Origin: Thalia democratica
Taxonomy: Eukaryota
Direction of reading: 5' to 3'
DNA: 64,000 bases
NCBI GenBank assembly: GCA_965202585.1
Contig: OZ241826.1
Location: 55,428,001 to 55,492,000, forward strand
Part shown: positions 28,601 through 38,549 of the stretch, piece after piece
How positions within the stretch are numbered: the first letter of the stretch is position 1
How the letters are laid out: each line of letters starts with the position of its first letter
The notes under the pieces: model-generated
The model's database searches: none
Seen by the model: only the letters and a program-made list of their open reading frames with translations
What the model was told of the DNA's origin: nothing
Program-made: the position numbers and the translations under genes

Positions 28601-31600
28601 CTACGTTACAAAGAAGTTTGCAAGCGTGACCTGAAGAGCTTGAATATAAGAACTGATTAATGGAAAAACTAAGTGATTATCGCCGCATTGGTGATTTTTC
28701 ATCAGCAAGAAACTATGTAAAAGAAAGATTTTTTTAGCAGATACAAGAAGACAAAGGAATTAGAAAAAAAAACAGTTTACTGTCTGTGTTATTTTTCTTT
28801 TTGTTTTAAATCTTACCAAACTTAATGTGTATTGTCTTTGTTTTATTTGTTGTAGAAATCCTGTGAGCACGCCACGTATGGCGGGATTGGGCTTAAAGCG
28901 GGTTATCATGAAATCAAAAGTACTAAAAATTGATTTAGTAAACTGTGTTTACATAAGAGAAATTTCTATTACAAAGTTATTCATAAAATGAAAAATTATT
29001 AAGCAAGTTGTTTTAACAACTCTTAAGAACTATGTCAAAGTTGATTGTATTTAATTGACAGAATATACGAATTATAGTTACTGAACTTCATTAATACCCG
29101 TATTGTGTATAAAGTAGCTTGATTTTAACTAATTATTTATACACTAAATTGATAAAACACTTAAAAATTATAAATGTAAAAATAATTTTAAACTACATAC
29201 TTTTTTCGACTGAATTCTGCATTCGTTGACGAACACTTCGGATATTCCTTTAGAGTCCCATGTAAGCTTTCCAAGACCGGGATGAATCTTTTTGTCTAAT
29301 GTTTTTATTCTCTCTTTAAAAAGACCTCGTTCGTCTGGCGTCATCGCTTCAATTATTCGGTTGTAATCTCTTTATTAAAAAAAAACGTCAACAAAAATAA
29401 GAACTTTACTACTTTTATATATAAATAAAACTAGTTTTATGTAGAAAACAAACATGTATAAAACTAATTATTTATACATTGTAGTTCAGCGATCGGAAAA
29501 CTACAGCCACGGGCTCGAAAAGAAAAATCTGTTCAAAAAGTATCTATAAGTTAAGAAATAACTTTTAAAAGAAATTGAGCTTCAATTTCTTTTAAAAGTA
29601 TCTATAAGTTAAGAAATAACTGTTTTAAAGAAATTGAAATTGGGCTTCTTTACAATAAAATTTACAATTTTTATTATTTTCTGATTACGAGTAAGCAAGC
29701 AGAGGGACTTAATTAATGATGGTTTCATTACAACTTTGACTAAAAACTCTTTATTTTTTTAGCATATAACTTTAAAACACTCCGGCCCGAAAAATAGTAT
29801 CTTTTTTCTAACAAATCCGGTCTTTTACACAAAAAAGGCTGATAACTCTGCAGTAGTCAGTGGTTCTTTTACTTGACCGAGCAACAAACCTTACGACGAG
29901 CATGACGTGCTCCCTGAGCATCCTCAGTTCCTCGCGTCTCTTGTACATCTCTTTAATGTAGTGAGGAATCTCAAACAGAAGCCGGTGCCAGTAATGGATT
30001 TCGATGAAAAGTTTCAGCAACGTGCGATCAAAGTTCATGTTGAGCATGCCTTGCACCACCACGCCCTTCTGCATCAGCGGAATGTCCAGCTTTTCTTCCA
30101 CCCCTTCGTCTGAGTTGTGGGCGATCCATTCGTTGAACATCTTTCTGACAAAGTCGTCCAGCGCCGTACTCAACAAATGGTAGCTGGCCCGCGATTCAGT
30201 GCCCTGGCCTATTTCTGGCAGGAAAGTGGCCTCATCGAGAATCTGTTGAAGCATTGAAAGGAATATTTACAAATAGATAACGTTTTAGAAATAGTTACAA
30301 TTTATGAGTTTTAAACGATTACGAGCAATTAATATGTTGATTGAAAATTTTTATAGTTAAACAAATTAAGTTGTAAAATTCTTCCTATGTCCCATCTATG
30401 ATATTTACTTTTAAATTTTAGAAGTTTTTAAATTTTGGTTTAAAAAAAATGTGTTAAAAAGGTAATAAAGTTATTAATTTTCATAAATAGTCGTTATTTT
30501 TGTAGTACATCAGCAATCGTTTTATAAACCAAAATCTAAATTTCATTGTTTGTAGTTTACCAACACCAAAAATCATTGACTAATAAAACCTGCATCTGAC
30601 GATCAATTCTGCGTTTCAGCCCACGAGCCCATGTAGCAGCACCAGCGTATTTGGGTTGGTGTGGAAGAACATGCACTTGCTTGCTACTCAACTCTTTCTT
30701 AACCCGCCCTAACTCGTCATTGAACATTTGATACACCTTTTTCAAAACACACATAATTAGTTGAGACTATTTAGATACGACTAGCTTATATTGATGATAC
30801 AAGATAATTCATATTTCTAGACTATACTTTAAATATATATGCAAATTTTGCTACTTGTATATGTTACCATGTGTATCAGGTTTTTCAAAGAGGGCAATAT
30901 TTTTATAAACATGTTTTGTACTTATAAAAGTAAAATTATAACTGACTTCCGCAGTTTTCCTGTCAATAGCACGCTTGATGGACTCTCGAGCGGAAAATGA
31001 AGAAAAAACTTCCAATAATCCAACACCCTCTTCGACTGTAGTGACAGTTTCAAATGCAACTGTTATCAAATTCTGCACCATCACTTCCAAATCTTTCACA
31101 CCAGCACGAAATCTGATTGTTGAGTAAAAACAAAGTTTTAGTTTATTGAAGTTTAGTAATGTATTTGTACATGACATCAAAAATTACGATAAATAAAACC
31201 ACATATTTATATTGGCTAATACTACATGTAAAGTAATCAATGAAGAATACTAAAAAAGTACTTCAATTTAATTCTAATGCTTTTTTTATTAATTTTACCT
31301 ATTTTTACAATAGCTTATCTATTTAAGCGAAAAAATTACAATATTTGTTATATACATTCGAAAGTTTTAAACAAAATACACTGTTTTATTACAAAGTATA
31401 CAAATATGTTCTAAAAACAGATTAAACTAAACAACTAATCGACTAAATAAGCCTCCATATATATTTAAAAAAAAACAGCTATTAAAACATGTAACAAAGC
31501 TATATCAAAATCATTTCATAGAACAAATCAAAACAAGTCAAGATTTAACATTGGAAACTTTTGTATGAAATATTTTTTTAATCTAAATTATCAATGTATG

Positions 31601-34600
31601 CGTTGAATTCTAAACACGCTAACTTTAATCACATGAACCTTGGTTTTAATTTTTTTTTTTTTTAAATTTATTTATTTATTGACACTACTATTTAAATATG
31701 TAATAGTCTTTATTTTTAAGATTAGTGAAACATTTTTAAGATTAGTGAAACATTTTTAAGATTAAAAAGTATCAGTTAAAATATTACAGCTTAAAGTTCA
31801 ACAAACTTTTGGAAAGTTTAATTTTGTAACAATTACTTTATAAATATTGTTATTATAAATAGACGGAATACTTATTCTTAGCCAAAATTTACATTAAGAG
31901 TTCACTGTGTAACCAAGTACCCAACTTATTTTAAATTTTGTTATTTTTTCAAGCTAAAACATAATTAAACTTGTTGTATTCATCGTGCCACTGAGGGTTT
32001 TTAACATCTAGTATTCCTTTCTTAATAAGGCGCAAAGTTTGTAAATGTTTATCAAAGGTTCCTTCAATTTCAAGCAAACTTCTCAGTATACTTGGACCTC
32101 GTTGACCAGAAAATAATGGAACTGAGCTTTTTTCACCATCCAACCTTTAATTTGACAGTATGTTAAAAATTTACTATACACTATTTATTACTTAATACAA
32201 AAAGGTTAATACTAAAAGCTATATAATAAAACTTTTTAAATTTAATATTATCATTACGCACCTTCTTGCAAACAGTCTTTGACACTCGCATACTTCAATT
32301 AGGTCTTTGCATCTTTGAATAAATGCATCAACTTGCGCAAATATTGAAGTTTTGTCAAGCAGCCATACTTTATCGGAGCAACTGTTTAAGTTTATTTAAA
32401 GTGATAAACTGTTTTATGGTTAAGTTTAAAACGCCTAATTTACACGCATTGCTTGTTTAAGGCAAGTAAGAAAGTTTTTAGCTATTTATTAGTTTTGAAA
32501 AACTTAAAATATTTAAAAATAAATTTATTGAGATTGTAAGACAACAATAGTTAAATAACTCGAAAAGTTTCGAGGCAATGTAACAACAAGGTTGATTTTG
32601 TGAGAATTAACGTGAGTTAAAATCAAGTAAAAACAGGCGATTGATTTTCTTAAAAAATTCATAATTTTAAGACAAACTGATCGTGAATTTGCACGTTGTG
32701 TTGGTATGTTTCCTTCCAGGAAGTGCAGCAATTTATGCAGTTTTGTAACACTACCACACTACTATTCACATACCCGTCGAATATGCGCTCAAGATCAATA
32801 TCTTTTATGCAAATTCTAATTACTTCATTACTCAACTTTCTAAAGAGCTGTGTCAGTCGTTCTCTGTATAAAATATTTTAAGCATCAAACAAAAGACTTT
32901 AAAGTTGAAATATACTTGGAATATAAATTCTACAAAACGAGTAATAAAATAAACCTAAATAAAACTTCAAAAAATTGGCTGCGTTATTGTTTTTATTTTG
33001 CAATAGTTGTTTAAACACATGCACTTTTGAAATATCTTTAACAATCTTATAAACACAAAAAAATCATACTAATATTTAAATTAATAGAAAGAAACTGACT
33101 GGGAGTTGTAATACTTGGAATTTATCCAAATGATGCGAATTATTTGTGTTATCTTTGGAAGTAACTTTGGAACGTCTAACGGGCTTGCATTGAAAAGAGC
33201 AGTACAAGGTTCTTTAAGAAGCGACAGAAACTTCAAATTACTCTGAGCTTGATCAGAGCCTGCCAAAATAAGATTTGCTAGTCTTTTGAAAGGTGAAACA
33301 TAAGACGACTTTGCAAGCTCAAGTATGCTTTGAAGTCTTTTTACTCCGTCCTTGTTAAGCTGATGGCTAATACCTGTTTAATATGTGGTTAATTTTTAAA
33401 TAATATAAAACAAACAAAAATAAGAAGCAACAAATTTAATTGTTTAAAACTTTTCAGTTAAAGCATATAAACATATGCAGATTAAATTAAAAAGATAAAC
33501 ATAATTTTGGTTTTAAAAGTAAACATACCGGATAAATCTTGACATCGATTGTTCCAAAACTCAATCTCTTCCAATGGTCCTGAACTTTCTGAAGTTTCTA
33601 AAGCATCTTGTGCATTTAGAACTTCTTTAATTTGACGAGTCCAGAAAATCATTGCAGCTTCATAATAAATAAACTAAACTTTAGTGTTTGCTAAAATAAG
33701 AAAACTTTTATTTTACAACATGTTTACAACTATACAGTTACAAAAATATGTTTTGAACTAGTATAGTAACAAACATTAATTTAAGCTCTTAAGTTTTTTT
33801 AACTTTAAACAAACATTCAAGACGCTGAACTAGAGGTTTATTGTTAACAACTTCTTCAACTGAAAGATTTGTTCCTTCGCTTGGAATGTATAGCACTGTT
33901 TTTGATTGCATCTTATACTTCATATCAGTAATAGTGGCTAAAAATCTGCATAAAAGTTAGTCTAAATTACTTAAATACTTATTTTAAATTTATATAAATT
34001 AAATACTTTTTATTTTTGCTTGTAAAAAAAAGAGGCAACTACAAAATTTACAGCAAAGTATATATGCAAATATATGCAAAAGCAAAAAACATTACAAATC
34101 AAAACTAAATTTAGACAAAACTACAACAACCTACAAAAATGATACGTTATAAATGAAATAGTAAAACAAAACAAAAGATACCTGTGTAACCCAGCACTGA
34201 AATCATTTCTAATGCTATCCGGCCAACTTTTGTTACTAAACACTAATGGTCCAAACAAGCCACCCATAACTCTTAGTAAACTGTCAAAATACTTTTTACG
34301 CAATGTTCCCCATTGAAATTGACTTAAAAATTCTTCTTCTTCAATTTTGTCTAAGTTAGGCTTTCTATAAAAATTATAAATATAAAAAATAATATTGTAT
34401 ATTAATTCTATTTTTTTAGATTTCAATCTTATTTAAAAAATTAATACCAAAGACTTTGAATTAAAAACTTTCTTTTTCGGACTATGAAAACGACAGTTTT
34501 TTTTGTAAACTAATTTAAAGATATTCTACATTTTTAAGCAAGTATAAAAAAAAAACATTAAACACTCTTATAAAGAAACATAAAAACACTATTTAATAAC

Positions 34601-37600
34601 ACATTTGCATTATATTACCAAAAATGTATGAACTGAAAAATTCAGATGCACTAACTAAGATAAATTTTTAAATACCTTACTAAGTATGACTTATAAACTT
34701 CTGCAGTTAAAGCTTATATGACAAGCTAAATTGAAAATGAAGTTATACAATAAACATCAAAAATAAGTAAAAGTGATTCTACTTAACTTGCATTGACTGA
34801 TTAAACTTTCTTTTTAATTTTTACTATACTACTAATCCACCTGTTTTTACTGTATTTTTCAGCATCTATTTAGCCTTGGACTTTACAACAAGAGTTTATA
34901 AATTTATTTATTAATTAACTTTTACCTAGAATTTTTAACTATGGGATACCACTTAATTTCAATTCATATTGAATATTGTAACAACTAAAAGGTCTGGGTT
35001 AGTTCTGAAACAAGTTTTTATAGTTTTAGAATTTATTTACTTTCCATTTTGAGTGAATCTAATATATGCTTTTCAATTACAAAATTATAACATGTTGCTG
35101 TATAACTACAAATTTAATACATTATTTTTGACTTGACATTAAGCTGATAAAATATTTTCATAATTTAAATTTTACAACTCTTTTTGTCCTTGGAAACTAT
35201 TTGTTAGAAAATAAATAATTGATATTACTTGTCTACAAGTTTATTAATAAATTTATTAACTAGGTCACTCTATCTGTCTTTTTTATGCAGCTTCTGACAA
35301 TCATAAGAAAAAGAAAGACTTAATTTCATTTTCTAACTTCCTAAAAAGAGAAAACTGCTTTTTAAATGTGAGATAGCCTAACTTTTAACAGCCTACTCAA
35401 AATGTTGGTAACATTATTTCACTTTATTTATTGTTACAGACATAGTAAAATAAACAGTAATATTCAGACACGCATTATATAATTAAACTATGATGAAGAG
35501 GTGTAAACTGTTGTAGCTGAAACTTTTTAAAACTCAGTTATATAAAAAATAGCAGTAATAACTAAACAAAACTATTTTGTAACAAAAGCCTCTTAATAAT
35601 ACTTTTTGTATAGAAAATTATGATTATAAGTCTGCACATTTTTTTTACAAACTTATAAAACTAATAAAAGCTTGTAAACAAACTTAATCAAAGACAATAA
35701 TAACAAAAGTAAATACTTGATAAAATAGTTGATTGTATCTGTATTGTCATGTTTTGGTATTGTTTTGCTAACTACAAGTTCTTCCGTCTATAAATACATG
35801 AACAAACTTTAGGTTATAACTAATACAAATATTAGTTTCAAAAACGTAAATACCTGCTTATCTAAATAAAAAACTAAGAGAACTGAGTTTCTGTCGTGAC
35901 AAAATTCTGAACATTCACTGTCATGACTTGTTTTCCAATGTTTTTGTCTATTGAACATCGGCAAGGTTATTCTTGCTTGAAAGCATCTAGGCTAAAAATC
36001 TTTTTAATTACTTAAAATGTATTTACTAAAAAAAGATATTATATATAGATTTTTTTAATCAATCACTAACATGTTTAATAAATAAAAAAATATACCAAAT
36101 GCTGTAAAAACTTAGCTTTTTCTTGTATCAAGATAAGTTGAAAATTTGTATTACTTTTTCACTAAAGAGTGGAAAACAATCAAGTAAATAAAAACTTATT
36201 CATAAAACAGATTTTTAAAAGCATAGAGGGGGGTGTCCAACATTTTTTTTTTACTAAAATTAACATTGGATCTTAAATGAAAGGTTAAAGTACAAACCAC
36301 AAGCCAGTTTTTATAGAATTAAAAAATATTATTTAACTTTTAGGATATTGTAATTTTGATAAAAAGTTTTGGATACAAAGTATGGACCACAAATTTTTGG
36401 GGTCAATTTTTCAAATTTTCTGTAAAAATTACTAAAAATCTATCTTCTCCTTAATTTTTTTAGCTAAAGACCTTAAACTTCCAGTAAACATTCTTTTTAT
36501 AGTTTAAAAGAATTTGAATTTTTGAATTTTAAAAATATATAAAATATAAAAATTTTAGATTAAAAAACAAAAAAAAAATTGGTGGTTTTTTTTTCTATTA
36601 AAAATTAATTTTAAAAACTAAAAAAAATGCTGCATCCAATCTATTTTAAATTTAATAATACACTTTCTCTAAAAATTTAAAAAAGATTGCTTACAAAATG
36701 AAGGAGTAGATAATTTTTTTGTGAAATGGTCAGTTTTTGCGTTTTTGGTTTGTGCCTCCCTTTTGGAACCTATTGAGGTTACCTACTTGGTCGCTCATAT
36801 CTCAAAATTTACTTTGAATTTTTCAAGCGATTAAAAATATCTGACAGCTCAGATAAAACTCTATAAAATAAGATCAACTTGTAAAATTCAAGGTGGACCC
36901 CCTCCTCCTATGCCCTTAACTAGCTTGTAACTTTTAAAATACATTAAATACACAGGGCTGCCACTATCTAAAACAAAAAACTTAGCCTGACTGACCAAAA
37001 ACTAGCCTGAATCATACCTAGTTTATAAGAAAATTGTAATAAAGTCAAAATCTATAAGTATCTACTGTTAATCAAGCTTGAATTCTTAGAAAACCATAAT
37101 ATTGACTAAGATAATTGAGACCTAGATTTAAAAAATTATGTTTGTTTGAAAAAATAACTACTTTAAAAAAATACCCTGAAATATAGATAAAATATCCAAA
37201 CTACTCTGAGTTTTTTGAATAACCAGAAAAAAATTCAATTCTAGCCTGCAGTGGCTTGAGTTTTTCTTAAACTTTGACTTAGTCTGATTAGTGTATGCAA
37301 CCCCAAATACAGTATATATGTGGTGGTATTTTGATCTATAAACATTATTTAGAACATAAAATTTATTAAGTTGTTAATTATAATTTGGATGACAAACTTA
37401 ATCAGTTAATACTATCTAATTTTATTTCATTCAATATTTTAATTAAATAGAGAAAAAGTCAAAAAGGAAACAATCTAAGTAAATGTTAGCTTAAAATGAA
37501 GTCAACATATTGCTAGTATAAAAAATATAATTTAAAAAAGACTAACAATATTTCCAATGACATCTACATCATTGCGATCAATTGAATTTTGTGTTTGATT

Positions 37601-37905
37601 CAGTCTATATTCATACTCGTAGGTATATGAACCTTATAATTTGAATTTTATTATTTTTTTTTCATTTTCATATATTTTAAATAAAGATTATTTTGCTTCA
37701 ATGATTTATTTATTTATATTTAGTAGTAAAAGACCTACAACGCTATTGAACTCAATCTCTCCCCTCTGCAACGATAAACGTTTTCTAAAGGTAATAATGA
37801 TAGTAATAAGATCTACAGCAATAAAGCATAACAAAATAAAAAAAAACCTTCGCATGTATCACCACCTTGCTGATTCGAGTTTTTTCTGCTTGTATTATCT
37901 ATCAT
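295..37905 (-). CDS. DNAH2: Axonemal dynein heavy chain, DNAH2-like (inner arm dynein I1/f beta); 61 coding exons in window, 3' part beyond left edge
   Basis: Spliced translation is continuous across GT-AG introns. Four P-loops: GPAGTGKT (AAA1), GKSGGGKS (AAA2), GPVGTGKT (AAA3), GIGGSGRQ (AAA4). It has a long DHC_N1-type tail and the motifs [21 protein letters not shown] and [10 protein letters not shown]. The DNAH2 subfamily call comes from remembered similarity to vertebrate DNAH2, not from a search. Confidence 0.93.
2779..6320 (-). CDS. DNAH2: DNAH2-like exons 53-58: AAA4 region
   Basis: Exons 6171-6320, 4276-4443, 3804-3946, 3492-3649, 3160-3292, 2779-2918. They translate to [48 protein letters not shown] and [13 protein letters not shown]. 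Confidence 0.94.
4840..5733. mobile_element. Non-autonomous hAT-type DNA transposon (894 bp) in a DNAH2 intron
   Basis: Imperfect TIRs CAGTGGTTCCCAACC and GGTCGGGAAACCCTG. Exact 8-bp TSD GTATAAGG at 4832-4839 and 5734-5741. Confidence 0.85.
6717..9862 (-). CDS. DNAH2: DNAH2-like exons 46-52: AAA3 and lid
   Basis: Exons 9710-9862, 9315-9406, 9006-9201, 8094-8318, 7606-7710, 7220-7408, 6717-6933. They translate to [48 protein letters not shown] and [14 protein letters not shown]. Confidence 0.94.
10027..12529 (-). CDS. DNAH2: DNAH2-like exons 40-45: AAA1 lid and AAA2
   Basis: Exons 12377-12529, 11574-11699, 11183-11401, 10653-10907, 10335-10475, 10027-10185. They translate to [42 protein letters not shown] and [13 protein letters not shown]. 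Confidence 0.94.
12655..15713 (-). CDS. DNAH2: DNAH2-like exons 34-39: end of linker and AAA1
   Basis: Exons 15603-15713, 14953-15141, 14519-14661, 14132-14282, 13713-13893, 12655-12782. They translate to [42 protein letters not shown] and [18 protein letters not shown]. Confidence 0.95.
13188..13625. mobile_element. Degenerate TTAA/Kolobok-like non-autonomous element
   Basis: Left end TTAA|GGGCATAGGG matches the 15796 element. The right end is degraded, so that coordinate is approximate. Confidence 0.5.
15796..16477. mobile_element. Foldback MITE (682 bp), Kolobok-like, TTAA TSD
   Basis: TTAA|GGGCATAGGGGGGG...CCCCCCCTATGCCC|TTAA. The two halves are near-perfect reverse complements over about 300+ bp. 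Purine-starting termini with a TTAA TSD fit Kolobok rather than piggyBac. Confidence 0.85.
16859..23074 (-). CDS. DNAH2: DNAH2-like exons 24-33: DHC_N2/linker region
   Basis: Exons 22948-23074, 22065-22205, 21721-21849, 21440-21571, 21303-21379, 20694-20880, 19987-20125, 17509-17669, 17219-17360, 16859-16995. They translate to [35 protein letters not shown] and GPVEAWL. Confidence 0.93.
18218..18325. mobile_element. Short MITE remnant (TAGT(G/T)AT(T/C)TACCGG family)
   Basis: Shares its terminal motif and CCGG/GGATCC-rich interior with the copies at 19398 and 43196. Confidence 0.45.
19398..19477. mobile_element. Short MITE, probably hAT-derived
   Basis: Terminal inverted repeats TAGTGATTTAC...GTAAATCACCA. 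Flanks atttaaat and atttttat resemble a decayed 8-bp TSD. Confidence 0.5.
23552..27248 (-). CDS. DNAH2: DNAH2-like exons 16-23: mid tail
   Basis: Exons 27138-27248, 26713-26841, 26238-26423, 25332-25491, 24686-24878, 24277-24477, 24036-24192, 23552-23784. Reading phase is continuous; examples are [16 protein letters not shown] and SFDADIGRY. Confidence 0.9.
27280..27690. mobile_element. Truncated TTAA/Kolobok-like element (one terminus)
   Basis: Ends in CCCCCTATGCCC|TTAA like the 15796 family. The left boundary is approximate. Confidence 0.5.
28244..28589. mobile_element. hAT-like MITE remnant
   Basis: Termini AGGGTTCCCA...TGGCAACCCTG (CAGGGTTGCCA type) and repeated CCTGA subterminal motifs. 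No TSD found. Confidence 0.5.
28589..28775 (+). mobile_element. 3' fragment of an RTE-type non-LTR retrotransposon
   Basis: Translates [24 protein letters not shown], which matches the GRPKLRYKDxCKRDLK C-terminal motif of RTE ORFs. Stops and frameshifts follow. Confidence 0.65.
29201..34364 (-). CDS. DNAH2: DNAH2-like exons 5-15: DHC_N1 tail domain
   Basis: Exons 34182-34364, 33815-33945, 33529-33657, 33100-33373, 32678-32863, 32262-32381, 31971-32144, 30947-31112, 30590-30736, 29890-30242, 29201-29369. They translate to [27 protein letters not shown] and [11 protein letters not shown]. Confidence 0.9.
29482..29825. mobile_element. Probable hAT-like MITE with internal direct repeat
   Basis: Starts CAGCGATCGGAAAACTACAGCCACGGGC and has CCGGCCCG near the other end. 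The string aaaagtatctataagttaagaaataact occurs twice internally. Confidence 0.4.
31724..31765. repeat. Short tandem duplication (about 20-bp unit)
   Basis: The unit ttttaagattagtgaaacat repeats about 2.5 times. Confidence 0.7.
35717..37905 (-). CDS. DNAH2: DNAH2-like putative exons 1-4 (N-terminus)
   Basis: Exons 37848-37905 (ATG at 37905), 37547-37632, 35854-35991, 35717-35787. They were inferred from phase-compatible GT-AG boundaries (1,0,0,2). Exons 3-4 resemble the DNAH2 N-terminus; exons 1-2 are supported only by phase and open frame. Confidence 0.65.
36219..36915. mobile_element. Older diverged copy of the Kolobok-like foldback family
   Basis: TTAA|aagcatagagggggg...cctcctatgccc|TTAA, similar length (about 700 bp). 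Shares internal strings (aaaatctatcttctcc, gcctccc, atatctcaaaa, tataaaataagatcaa) with 15796-16477. Confidence 0.7.
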
Positions 37906-38549
37906 TGTCAACTATTTGCATAGTATATAATAAACAAATTATAAAATAACTAAATAAATGTTAAGTGTCTTCAGAAAAAGCAAATTTTAAATTTGAACGC
38001 TTTTTGTTACCATAACATTATATTCTCCTTAGCGCCACTGTTTGGAAGGAGTTGATATAGTTTTAAAACTATAACATGTCAGTTTTCACTCGTCTACCAA
38101 ATTGAGCATGTGATAGTGGGAATCATTCAGTTCCAACCCGCGATCATTTCCTAATCGCACAACTCCCACCCGATCAAATCCGAAATACGCTTACTGACCA
38201 AGGGAAAGGGTTATAATAACAGTAGTAGTAAAAAATAAACAATAAATAATTAATAAAGACTAAAGAAACAGATAGTAAACAAAAAAAATTAAAAAAAAAA
38301 CTTGGCTGGAGTTGTGCGCGGATGAGAATTGTTAGTATACCGTATCAGTTTTATGACCTCTATTTTTTTCTAATACACATTATTATTAAGTTTACAAAAC
38401 AATACTAGCTTAAGAATTCTAGATATCACAGATGATACAGAATACAGATTTTATTGGAATAAAAAAGATACATATTTACATTTTACAAGGCATGAAAACC
38501 TTACTTAGAAGCTCTAGAAGTCTTAAATCATCTTGTAGAAAATAAGCAC

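Noticed and set aside
221-33266. Plus-strand ORFs in the track (e.g. 221-454, 4319-4513, 8100-8351, 10684-10911, 23459-23740, 29907-30113) as separate genes
   Set aside because: They are antisense shadows of dynein exons, with no independent motifs or splice structure.
38006-38016. GTTACCATAAC as an RFX X-box for the ciliary gene
   Set aside because: Only one half-site fits the consensus, which is expected by chance in AT-rich DNA.
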